NCBI RefSeq assembly: GCF_009914755.1
Contig: NC_060936.1
Length of the DNA: 64,000 nucleotides
Source: the human T2T-CHM13v2.0 reference genome, Homo sapiens
Direction: 5' to 3' (one strand)
Shown here: positions 33,561-46,996 of the stretch, piece by piece
Position numbering within the stretch: the stretch's first letter is position 1
How the letters are laid out: each line of letters starts with the position of its first letter
Program-made: the position numbers and the translations under genes
The notes under the pieces: generated by a model
Told to the model about the DNA's origin: nothing
The model's database searches: none
What the model saw: only the letters and a program-made list of their open reading frames with translations

Positions 33561-36029
33561 AGAGCATGGTGTGAAAGGGTGGAGAGCAGGCCCCAAGTGG
33601 ACATGTCCTTAGCCTCAAGGAGTCCTTGCTCTGGGTGGAAGGACACAGGAAAGGGAGGGTCAGAGCAGACCAAGGGACAGGGTCTTTTGCCCAGTTTCAA
33701 AGGAAATTCTGCATTGTCTTTTAGAAAGTCAATGATGCACTTTCAGCCATTAGAAAAAGAAAGAGACAGAGAGAGACAAAGAGAGATTTTTAAGTAGAAT
33801 GGGTGAATTCTACTCAGTGAACATATGTCCTGTACTAAGTGTGAGATGAAAGCTAAAAACCCCCATCAGAATATACCCTTATCATGAATGTGGGGTTTGT
33901 GTGTGTGTGTGTTTTCTCACAACGATATCCCTAGAGCCTGGTGCCTTGAAAATCTCAATAAATATTTGACTAATAAATCACTCACTGATAACTATTCCCT
34001 TAGTTATCAGATGCCCCCTGCTTCTCACAGCATGGGCATTTTGCTGGTGCTGGTGTTCAAAGCACATGTATTTTGAACAAGATTGAAAAAGGAATGAAGT
34101 CTGGCCAGCCCAGTGGTCCTCTCTAGCACATTACAGAGATTGGCCTTTGGAGCTGAAAGCTGGACAGGATCTCAATGATCCTGCAGGCCAGGGTGTCAGG
34201 GCATCGAAGCACCCCAGAAGCTGAATGTGAATGTGTGAATGTGGGCAAATATTCATTTTTCTGAGGAGATGCACATAGCTTTCATGAAAGTTTCAAAGGT
34301 GTCTATGGCTCCCCAAATGTCAAGAGTTCTCAGTGAATCCTCTTATTTTATAGATGATGGGTCTATGGCACAGAGAGGTGAACTCAAGTTCACTCTGAGC
34401 TCTATTCAAATCTACTGATGCCTGAAGCTTCCTTCCACCACCTCATAGCAGAACTCATGTCCTCGGTTATGGTAGGATGGGGGAGACCGTGAAGCTTTCT
34501 TTTGCAAGGGCTCTCAAATTTAGCCATGTGTTAGAGTCATCTGGATTTCTGGTATAGAAGGTGATTCTAATGTGTAGCCAGGGTCAAAGCCCACTGGGTT
34601 AGAATATTTCACTAAAAAGTGTGTAGTGGGGTTTGTGGGATGTAGTTTGAGTGCCAAGCTCTGCTCCGAGTCTCCTAGCCCAGAATGCTGACTACAACAG
34701 TCTAGAGTGTACAAGGAAACAGATCTAAACGAAAAGCAAGTTCCACTTTGTTAACCGATGGGCAGGTACTAATGACCTCATCACCACTCATGCAAATTAG
34801 GGCTTCCCTGGTACCCAGAGCTGGACCACTTGACTTCAGCTGGGAAACTGAAGTAGGATTTCCCATTTCTTTCCCTCCAAAAAGATAGCATAGCTGGTAG
34901 TACATAACCCACCTGGCTTACCTAGGCATGCACAGGTGAAGATGCTGGCACAAAGGTGTGCAGAAAATGGCTGGGCCTGTGGGGCAGAGCTGCCTCACCT
35001 CCATCACACACATGGCTACATGATCTCTTATTTTACCAACTGTACAGAAGAAAAATGGAAGGAAAAGGAGGTTGCCTGAGTCACATCCCAGACCTTCTTT
35101 GATGGCAGGGGAAGGGTAGGAAAGTCCTGAGTTTCTACAGGAAGGATAAAGTGGTCTTGACCATGGCAACCTTACTCACTAATGAAATGTAGCCTAATCA
35201 ATATCTCAAGTTCATTAGATTAGCAATTCGTCTGTTAGGTGAGAGTTGAGGAGGAAGTGGCAATTAGAAAGGAAAGAAGAGTAGCCTGGCATGGGAGTGA
35301 GAAGAACATGTCACCTCAACTGCAAAGAGACAATTACAATGCAGTGATGAGAGTTAAGGTTGGGGTTTCCTGAGGACATAGTGGAAAGATCTACTCACCT
35401 GCATGAGGCTAAGAGTTACTGAACAGTTTTGTGGAGGAGGTGACACCTTCAGCAGAATCCTAAAGAGTGAAAGTGTTCCAGATGGATAGGGGAAGGGAAA
35501 TGAATTTTCACACATATTATGGCATAGAGGTTCGAGTAGCATGGTATTTGAAAGGATTGTAAGAGTTGACTATGACTAGAATATAGACTGCACAAAGAAG
35601 GTGTATTTGTAATGGGTTATTAAAATATAAGAGGCATATCAACCATTCAGTGAGTATTGTTTAGGATGAATAAATTACTTAGCTGGCCCCCAAATTAAAG
35701 ACATTCTTAATTTTCTTGATTTGGAAAAATTCTACTAATTTTGACCAGTTTCTCTTTATTCACTAGAATCTGGATATTTTTTAAGGATAGGATTGCATTG
35801 AATTTGACTCAGTAAGAGTCATAAATACAGCATCCGACTTCTTACAAATTCTGAATTCATGTATTAAATAAGCTTTCTGGGCTTGAACGTCCACAGGAGA
35901 ATCTCAGAATGACTAAAAGTTATCAAATGGGCCTTGAATAGACACAGCATCAGAAGTGAGGGTGTCTTGTGCAGTTACAGAGAAAGTGTTTTGGGATCAA
36001 CTGTTGATTCGAACACTGGCCAAGGTCCC

Positions 36030-36230
36030 TTAGGGAGAAGTGTAAAGTGTTTAGAGCCAGACAGGCCTGGGTTTGACTCTCAGCTCAACCATTATCAACT
36101 GAATGCATATAGGCAAGTCACACTGCTGCTCTAAGCCTTGATATCCATATTAATAATGTGGAAGTGATATCTATTTCAATGAATTGTTAAGAGGATAATC
36201 TGAAAAAATGTGAACAAACTGTCTTGGCCA
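36030..36230 (+). mobile_element. MIR
   Basis: agagccagacaggcctgggtttgactctcagctc...ggcaagtcac. Confidence 0.7.
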
Positions 36231-36923
36231 AGGCTATTTTTATCGTAAGGAACAGGAAAGCACTTAAACTAATTCAACTGAAATCAAGGAATAAGAAATG
36301 AAATATAGCATCCTCAGGAGAGAAACCAGGAACTGAATTGTTGGAATCCAGGCACATGTGCCATCTCCCAGGAGCTACTGAATCTATCTTACAGCATCCT
36401 GTCTGTTTCTCTGTGCACATTTTTCCTTCTCTACACAGTGCAGACTGATCTCAGCTTTCTTCAGTTCCCTTCTACCTCTCACTATTTCCGACTCTGGACC
36501 TTTCTACACTCCAGCCTTTCCATAGGAAGTACTCCGGGTTAGTTTTTCTGTGTCCTAGTGCCATGTTCCTGGGAGAAGAACTGGATCAACTGAGCTTAGA
36601 TCCAGTGTTCATCCATGGTCCAGTGATTTGTGACCAGGATGTGAGACTGGACAAATGACATAAACATGGCTCCAGGCCCACCGTTTCAGCCCTGTATGGG
36701 GATGATTCCTAGAGAGAGGGCCTTCAGGAGAGCAGACACCCCAAAACATATGAGCTGCAAGCACCTAGCTTAAGTAGGAGCACAACAAATATTAGCTTCC
36801 ATCCCTCCCCACTCTCCTAATTCTAGAAGAGCAGGTTTCCATAAGGAGCCCATACACAAGCACAATTGTTCTATATTTTTACCTTTGCTTGGGCTATACC
36901 TCTTATTAAGAATATCCTATTTT

Positions 36924-36995
36924 CACCCAAGTACTAACCAGGCCTGACCCTGCTTAGCTTCTCAGATCAGACAACATCAGGTGCGTTCAGAGTGG
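36924..36995 (-). pseudogene. 5S rRNA pseudogene fragment (nt ~14-85), antisense to and fused with the SET retrocopy
   Basis: The reverse complement ccactctgaacgcacctgatgttgtctgatctgagaagctaagcagggtcaggcctggttagtacttgggtg aligns ungapped to recalled human 5S rRNA at about 63/72, with most mismatches at CpGs. Confidence 0.93.
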
Positions 36996-39160
36996 ATGAA
37001 AATCCTTACTTTGAAAGTAAAGTTCTCTCCAAAGAATTCCATCTGAATGAGAGTGGTGATCTATCTTCAAATTCCACCGAAATCAAATGGAAATCTGGAA
37101 AGGATTTGATGAAACGTTCAAGTCAAATGCAGAAGAAAGCCAGCAGAAAGAGACAGCATGAAGAACCAGAGAGCTTCTTTACCTGGTTTACTGACCATTC
37201 TGATGTAGGGGCTGATGAGTTAGGAGAGGTCATCACAGATGATATCTGGCCAAAACCATTACAGTACTACTTGGTTCCCGATATGGATGACGAAGAAGGA
37301 GAAGGAGCAGAAGATGATGATGATGATGATGAAGATGAGGAAGGATTAGAAGATATTGATGAAGAAGGGGGTGAGGATGAAGGTGAAGAAGATGAAAATG
37401 ATGATGAAGGGAAGGAAGGAGAGGAGGATGAAGGAGAAGATGACTAATAGAACACTGATGGATTCCAACCTTCTCTTTTAAAAATTTTCTCCAGTCCCTG
37501 GGAGCAAGTTGCAGTGGTTTTTTTTTTTTTTCCTCCTGTGCTCAGTCGCCCTGTTCTTGAGATCTCTTTTCTCAACTTATTTTAGGGGAAATACCTTGAG
37601 CAGAATACAATGGGAAGAGTCTCTACCTCTTTCTGTTCGAAATTCATTTTTATTGCTTACTATCTGAATAAAAACTGTATGGAATCAACACTACTGAGCT
37701 CTGTGGGAAAAAAGAAAAACCTGCTCCCTTCGCTCTGCTGGAAGCTGGAGGGTGCTAGGCCGCTGTGTAGTAGTGCGTATAATTCTAGCTTTTTTCTTCC
37801 CTTCTCTGTATGTTGGGCTCAGAGAGTACACTGTGTCTCTATGTGAATATGGACAGTTAGCATTTACCAACATATATCTGTCTACTTTCTCTTGTTTAAA
37901 AAAAAAGAAACTTTAAAAAATGGGGTTATAAAACGTCAGCAAAGGGTGGGTTTGAGATGTTTGGGTGGGTTAAGTGGGCATTTTGACAACATGGCTTCTC
38001 CTTTGGCATGTTTAATTGTGACATTTGACAGATATCCTTGCTGTTTAAGATGACACTTTTAAAATAAATTCTCTCCTAATGATGACTTGAGCCCTGCCAC
38101 TCAATGGGAGAATCAGCAGAACCTGTAGGATCTTATTTGGAATTGACATTCTCTATTGTAATTTTGTTCCATTTATTTTTAAATTTTCTTTTTGTTTCAC
38201 TGGAAAGGAAAGATGATGCTCAGTTTCAAACATTAAAAGTGTGCAAGTTGCTTTGTTACAGTAAAACTAAATGTGTACACAAAAGATTTGATGCTTTTCT
38301 CTCAGCATAGGTATGCTTCCAATGACCTTCCAAGTTTGACTTGTATAACATCACTTTCAAACTTTGTCACTCTAACTTCATATTTTTTGATATGCACTTT
38401 GGAGGATGACCTCAGGGTTATGTGAACTGAGTAACGGGATTAGAATCAATGTACTAATATCTCCATAGCTGGGAAACATGGGTAAAATTTGCCATTGTTT
38501 TCTGAAATTATTCACATCATTTGAGATACCGGATTGCTCAATACTTTCTGAGTATATTGTGCCCTTGATTTTTATCTCCAAGTGGTAGTTTTTAAAATTG
38601 GCCTTTTACCTGGATATAAAATAATAGTGCCTGCCACCACCATCCAACAGACCTGGTGCTCTAATGCCAAGTTATACATGGGACAGTTGCTGGCACGTCT
38701 TCATTGGCTATATAAAATGTGGCCAAGAAGACAGGCTCTCAGAGTAAGAAGTCTGTGGTGGTTAGCAGTAACTTTCCCTACTCTCTGGTATAAAGCTCTC
38801 AAATGTGACTATGTGAATCTGGGTGGAATAATGGACTCAGCTCTGTCTGCTCAATGCTATTGTGCAGAGAAGTACCTTAATGCATAAGCTTTTTAATGCT
38901 GTAAAATACAGTAGCTGAAATTAAATGCCACTTTTTCAGAGGTGAATTAATGGACAGTCTGGTGAAATTCAAAAGGTTTTTGATGTATAGAACTTGATGA
39001 ATGGAACTATTCCATCAATAGGCAAAAGTGTCACAACCTATCTAGATGGATAGTATGTAATTTCTGCACAGGTCTCTGTTTAGTAAATACATCACTGTAT
39101 ACTGATCAGGAATCTTGCTCCAGTAAAGGAACATAAAGACTTTTTTTTGGAAAAAGAAAA
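36995..39160 (+). pseudogene. SET: 5'-truncated processed pseudogene of SET (TAF-I/I2PP2A histone chaperone): C-terminal half of CDS, ~1.7 kb 3' UTR, degraded A-tail
   Basis: ORF 36992-37447 reads [22 protein letters not shown]...[11 protein letters not shown]...[16 protein letters not shown]...EGEDD*, matching the SET NAP-domain C-terminus and acidic tail with no introns. It is followed by SET-like 3' UTR, a decayed polyA signal (cagtaaag ~39121), an A-rich tail 39151-39160, and TSD aagaatatcctatt at 36908-36921 and 39161-39174. Confidence 0.96.
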
Positions 39161-39175
39161 AAGAATATCCTATTA

Positions 39176-39478
<303 letters not shown>

Positions 39479-39490
39479 CTATTTCCTATT

Positions 39491-39536
39491 CCATCCATCC
39501 ATCCATCCATCCATCCATCCATCCATCCATCCATCC
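39491..39536 (+). repeat. (CCAT)n tetranucleotide STR
   Basis: About 11 units, seen directly. Confidence 0.95.
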
Positions 39537-42207
39537 TTTCATCTCTGTCTTTTTTCCTATCCTGGAAGACCCACTTCCTCCAGGAAATCTTCCTTATATC
39601 CTCAATATCTTCAGCTACCCTTCATCTCCCTCATTTCTGTCAATTCATTAGAGTCTATAACACACAATTTAGCACTAAGTTACACAACTTAGGTTTTTCT
39701 CTTAATCACTTTGAAGATGTTGTTGTTTCAACTGGATTATAGATTTATTCAGAACAGAGAGTGCCACAGTGCCAAGCACAAAGAGGAACAAAGAGTGTTC
39801 AATGAACAAAGAAAATTACAGAACAACAAACATTTTATATCTAGAAAGGATCTCAAAAATAATGAAGTTTAATCTGCTTGATTTCAGAAGAAGAACTGAG
39901 GTTAATACAGAAGAAACATCCTTGGCTGATGAAATAGAAAGAATAAAATGGAGATTCAATATTATATTTACATGTAAAATATGTTTTATATATTTATAAA
40001 AATTACATATTATTTATGTAACAGAAGAATTTTCCCCCATCATACTGTGGAATGGTAGTTGGAGGATCATGATACGTTCAAGCTGGGAGGGAACTTAGAA
40101 GTGACGTAAGACATGCAATTTAAGTTTGTAGATGAGAAAACTTCCTCCTAGGAAAAGGAAAAGATTTGTCCAAGATCACCCAAGTTTTTAGTAGTAAAGC
40201 TGGGACTAGGATCCACACCTCCTTCTTCTCACTCCTATGATTATTTTCCACACTCCACTGTCACCAAATCCTTGCTTTAAGCTTCCATTCCTCACTAGAC
40301 CATGCATCTGACATTAGGGCTCATTTGTCCCTCACAGTTTTAGTTCTATATCATTTATCCTTAACCATTCCATGCACCATTTTCCTTTTCAGCTTCTTCT
40401 TTCTGCTATCCATTTGTATTTACCTCTGCTTACTTTGTCCTTGATCTGTGGACTACACAGTTTGCCCTGTCTCCTTGGCTATAACCTTGATTCTGCTCCT
40501 CACCTCTGCCTTGGTGTAAATACCTTTCCCAGTTCAGCCTGGTCTCAGCACTGGGTGTCGCCTACTCTTGACTAATTCATGCATTGATTTAACACACATT
40601 TACTGTGCATGTCTTCTGTGAAAGTTTCTGAATGAAGAACACTTAGTATCTACTCAATATGCTCACAATCTATTGGTGAGAGAGGGATTTTAAAACAATA
40701 TGGTAAGTGTGTTCATCTCAGAGCTTTATTCCTATGGGAGACCCAAACTGAGTAAGGAATGGTGGGAAGGTGACAATCAGGGAAGACTTCCTGGACGTGT
40801 TCTCTGAAATGAGGCATTAGGACAGATCAGTGGATATGCATTAGCTGATGGGGCAGTGGAGTGGAGGTGAATGAGGATGCAGACAGAAAAAAATAACTTA
40901 AAAAAAGGCATAAAAACATAAAATAGCAAGGGGTACAAAAGAATGACTAGCACCCTGATGTTCTTCAAGGATAAAAAGGAAGGCAGGTGGTAGTGTGGGC
41001 TAAGCCTGGCGAGATGGGTGAACCACATTGGGAAGGCCTTGTCTTCCAGTTGGGAACTTGATCTGTTGGGATTTAGGGAGCTAATAAGTGACATCCCTGT
41101 TCCCTGCCTGAATTATTAATTGAGAGGAACCCCAAGGAGTCAGGCAGATAGAGGTTAAAATGTCAGCTTTACTACTGATAAAACAATAAGCATGGCTTAG
41201 ATTTGGCCAAATTGCTTGCTAACACTTCCAGTACTGAACTTAATTCCCAAAATCCAGGCCTCTCCTACAGGGGCCAATAGGTTTAGAGCTGATGATAATG
41301 CTTTACAAGCATCTGGCCCTGAGAGAGGGGAGTGGGGGCGGGGTGGGGGAGAGAGAGCTGAGCCAGCTCACCTCCTTATCTTAAATTTACCAAGCAGATA
41401 AATCACTCCTCCTCTGGGGAGAGAGGGCAGAAGTGTTACCCTAATGGTGGTCCCTCCACTTGGAACATGAAGCAAGAGGGGAAGGAAGTTCCTACCTAAT
41501 ACATATCCACCTCTTACTGAGTACCTACTGCACACTGCCATGCAGAAGGCCCTGGTTCCACAAGCTGGAACCAGACAGAATCAGAATTAGGCTGGGAAGA
41601 TTCTCTAACAGGGTAGGTAAAAAGACATGGGAGCCCTTTGTACCCAGTACTTGCTGTTCACGAGAAAAGGACAGAGCTCTTAACGTGAAGAATTTTTAGA
41701 AACAGCATTGTGTATACCCAGAACTCCTCAGAGATAGTCTCACTTCTAATATCACCCAGACACTGTTCTTTCATCAGAAAGGCCTCTCTTTGGCATAATG
41801 TTTATCCTGACTAAACCAATATGACCATCTGCCCCTCCTCACAATGGTTGTTATTGAGGTGAGAACACAAATACAACCTTGTCACAGCCCATAATGGCAG
41901 GGAACATACCTGCTACTGGGGTATGTTCTCCTCTTAGGGAAAGAGGATGGGCAAGGTGGCACTATTAAGCAGGTGTTGACATTAAGAACCTTTAAAAAGC
42001 ACCTCTTCTTTCCCTACCTTCTATTTTAGCATTTTCTTGAAAATTTCTTGCCTCCTTTTGTAGAACCCTAGAATGTTAGGACTGAAAGAAACCCATTGAA
42101 TCTGCTTCTCCACCTGTGCTTGAGAATAGCTTCAGCATCTTCTCCCTGCAAAATGGCCATTTGTCCTCTGCTTGGATGTGTCATTGACAAGAAACTCACT
42201 ATCTCTC

Positions 42208-42234
42208 ATAGCACAGCACAGCACAGCACAGCAA
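42208..42234 (+). repeat. (AGCAC)n pentanucleotide repeat
   Basis: Seen directly. Confidence 0.85.
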
Positions 42235-43029
42235 ATGGCTGATGCTAATCTAGATGGGGCAGTGCTCTCTATAACCTGATGCTTATACTCTGTTTTTACT
42301 TTCTATTTTGCTGAAAATTTTGCAAGTCTATATGACTGTGGAACAAATAGACCTCTGCTTTAATACTTCACTTTTTTGCTTTCATGTTCTTCTGTCAGGT
42401 CTATGACATTTCCAATTCTTATGATTTTTTTTCCTTCTGGGATATTCAGACATTATTTTGGAATGTTGAGGGAAAAACACTCTCCCTGCAAATCTCCTGA
42501 CACTGGGTTTATGTGGATCCACAGTTGCCCATTCTATCAACAAACTTCCTGACTTTAGGAAGGTTATTCCTGACTTTGAATATCAGTGGTCTCTTTGTAA
42601 TTCTCACTATTGGTCTTAATTACAGAGCTAGAGACATACATGCTAGGCTGGTTCTGACATTCTCATCTCTCCAGCAGACCACACTGGTCTATGGCTTTGA
42701 CATTCCTCACACACTGAGAAATTCAACACAAGAGTGCATCTTCTGAGCCCAGCCCTTCTGTCCAAATGTAACCCCCTGGAGATCCACATAGAAACCAGAC
42801 TAGATATGGACTATGCAGGCTCCTTAGTTAGGAAAGTGTTACAGCCAGAGCACTATGATACCACAATAGAAATCTTCCTCAAAGGAAGGATTGCATGCCC
42901 AATATCTTTCAGGCATGGCCATTTAGCCAGTTTTACATCCACCTAATCAAACCTTACATCTCTACCTAATATGTCATACTCAAGGAGACCCTGATAATCC
43001 ATCCACACCATAATTACAGTAGATATGGA

Positions 43030-43440
43030 AATCAAATAATCTGGGTTTGGATTCTAATACAACCACTTATTTTCTGTTGTGACCTCACATGAATGTCTTA
43101 GTGTCTTTCAGTCTCAGATTTCTCATTTGTAGATTGAAATAAAAATATTTCCTACCTCTTAGGATTATTGTGAGCATTAAATGGAATATGTATATAATTC
43201 ATGAGGTTAGCAGAACGTAGTAGTTACAACTGCCATTTGCAGAGACACACTACTTGGGTTCAAATTCCAGTTCTACTTTCAACTTAATCTGTGACTGTGG
43301 ACAAGTCACTGAAGTTCTCAGAGCATCAATTCCCTCATCTGGAATATGGGAATAGTACTAATATCCACTTCACAGTGCTGTTGTAAGCAGAAGCTTAAAT
43401 AGTACTCACAGAGAGTTTAGCAGAGTACCCAGAATAGACA
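43030..43440 (+). mobile_element. Two adjacent or nested MIRs
   Basis: Two successive MIR cores (ctcagatttctcatttgta; caattccctcatctggaatatggg). Confidence 0.7.
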
Positions 43441-44050
43441 CTTGAAAAAAAAAAGCTAAAAAATTCCTGATACATATATGTATCTATTATATACTACAGA
43501 AATATTAGTATTCTTCCTTCCTTCCCTTAGTCTAACTTTCTAGCAAGCCCTTCAAAAGAGGAAATGACATTAAGTTTAATCATAGTGAACCCATGCTGAC
43601 AGGCTGTGAGCATCACTTCCCTTTCTGGAATACTAGTTTTCAGCATAATAGTCTTGGCATTTGCTCATAGTGACTCAATTTAGCTAGGGAAACGTAACTA
43701 CCCAGATGAAACAATGGAAGAGCCATAAGTGCAATAGAAATTTAGAGACGAAGGCATCAGACTTCCTAAAAAGTGACATTTGAGTCAGTCCTTGAAGATT
43801 ATTTAGTTCAGGGGAGGGCCAGGAAGAATAACATAAATAAAAGCCCAGAGGAGAAAGTACACAGAACATCTGGGTGGCAGAAATGGTGTTTGTAAGGTCT
43901 GGTGGAAAATAAATGTAAAAAGAAAGGTTGAGGCCAATTTATGGAGGCACCCGAATGACACAAACAGACACTTGGCCATAGTAAATAATTCACTGTTAAG
44001 TTCTTAAATAAGGGAATAACAAGAAGAAAACAATATTTAAGAAAATTAGT

Positions 44051-44372
<322 letters not shown>

Positions 44373-44399
44373 AAGAAAATTAGTGTATGGATGACAATG

Positions 44400-44900
44400 T
44401 GACAATATATGCTAGAAGCCTTTAAAAAGATATACTTTTAGATGCCATTAACCTAAGATATTCATTAACCTGACAGTTGTGCTTCTAAGACTTAACTTGA
44501 AGGAAAAGTTTAAAATGTGTCCAGAGTTTCAGCTATTAAGATGTTCATCTTGGTGTTGCCTAATGTAGCACACACCAAAAAAGGAAAAATACTAAATGTT
44601 CAATAACATAGGATTGAGTAGATAAATTATGGCACATCCTTACATGGGGTATATAAAATCATAGAAATGTATTGACATGAGAAATGGTCATGGGGTATTA
44701 TTAAGTGTTTGAAATGGCTATGAAATACTTGTAGGATCTTATATTTGCTTTTTTTAAAAGTAATGGGTCAATATACCGATACTTGAGGGAAAAGTCTAGA
44801 AGCCAACGTACTCCAAAATATTAACTAATTCTATCTGATGAATGGGATTATGAATTTTCTTTATTTTCTTCTTTTTGCCTGTTTGCATTTTCCACGAAGA
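44400..44900 (+). mobile_element. L1ME 3' fragment
   Basis: ctaaatgttcaataacatagga...gataaattatggcacatcc. Confidence 0.55.
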
Positions 44901-44949
44901 AAATTTATAAACACAGTGGTATTTAAATCTTGCTTTTTAAAAAGATTGA

Positions 44950-45494
44950 TGTGAATATAGAATCCAGACCCTTAAATGACCCCAGTGATTTTTATCTTAG
45001 TCCACCCTTCCCCTTGAGTTTGGGCAGGACTTGTTTATTGTTATAGGACCTATTATTGCTTCTCACCAATGGCATATGGCAAAGGTGAGACATCACTCTC
45101 TTGATTAGGTTACATTATGTGAGACTCCTTAGCAGACTAAAGAGAAAGATTTTCCTGTGCCCTTGAAGAAGCAAGCTGCTATGCTGTGAACTACTAATGG
45201 AGAGGGCTACATGGTAGGGAACTGCAGGTGGTCTCAGGAGCTGAGGACCTCAGTCCTACAACCATAAGGAACTAAATTCTGCCAACAACCACATGAACTT
45301 AGAAGAGAACCCCAAACTCTAGATGAGGATGTAGCTCCTGCTGAAAGCTTGATTGCAGCCTTGTAAGACCCTGAGTGGAAGACCTGCCTAAGACTCAGAC
45401 TCTTGCTTGACCCACAGAAGCTGTGAGAAAATGAATGTGTTATGTTAAACTGCACAATTAGTGGTCATTTGTTATACAATAGAAAGCTAGTACA
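44950..45494 (+). mobile_element. MLT1E-like solo LTR
   Basis: cttgaagaagcaagctgctatg...aggagctgaggacctcagtcctacaacc...aatagaaagctagtaca. Confidence 0.75.
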
Positions 45495-45678
45495 ATGTAC
45501 AAAACAAAAATTAGAAATATTTTACATGTTTAAAACAGCTCTTTCTTCTAGAATATTCAGAAGTACCTATCGAAATTCAAAGATAGAATGCAAATTAATA
45601 TTAATGATATCAAAACTTAAATCAACATTGTTTAATTGTCGAAATGGCTGAACTTGTTATTTAAGATTTGAAATTCTA

Positions 45679-46066
<388 letters not shown>

Positions 46067-46641
46067 TTACACAGCTGCCAGCGGAAATAACTGGCATCTC
46101 ACTTCATAAATCTCATGCAAATGTAAGAGTAATATGAATTATTAATGTAAAATGTCCCTCAGTCTCCACATGCAACTATTGTGAGTGCCACTTTGAATCG
46201 TGAGTATTCCTGGAACTTCAAATTGGAGCAAGAAGAGAGGCAGCAACCAGGCATTTGACATTATTGGGAAACAAAACTTTGTTATACAAGAATGTATTGC
46301 ATTGTTTTCTGAGACAGAAGATTTGATAAATTATTTCATTTTTATTTTTTCCTACCTAAACACTTCCATCCTTTCTGTTCTTTCCACACTCCATCACTGT
46401 CCGTCTCTGACATCAGCTGCCACAACAGCTTACAAACCCTCATGGCATTTGAGCACAGTCACCTTTTGTAAGGCAATGTAGAGAAGCATCTCTCTGGAGC
46501 CTGACCGTGTTGATAATGGAGTGAATGTTTAGGGTTGTTGTTTGTGCTGTACCAGAGCTAAATGCCAGATCCTAAGTGACTATGTATTCTTCAATTCAAT
46601 TTTTATGTATTTATTATTTATCTGTTTATTTTGTTACATTT

Positions 46642-46962
<321 letters not shown>

Positions 46963-46996
46963 TAACATTTATGGTATGCAAAGTGCACAAGTCGCA

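Noticed and set aside
36924-36995. Functional 5S rRNA gene or Pol III type-1 promoter
   Set aside because: Lacks 5S nt 1-13 and 86-121; box C is truncated and CpGs have decayed.
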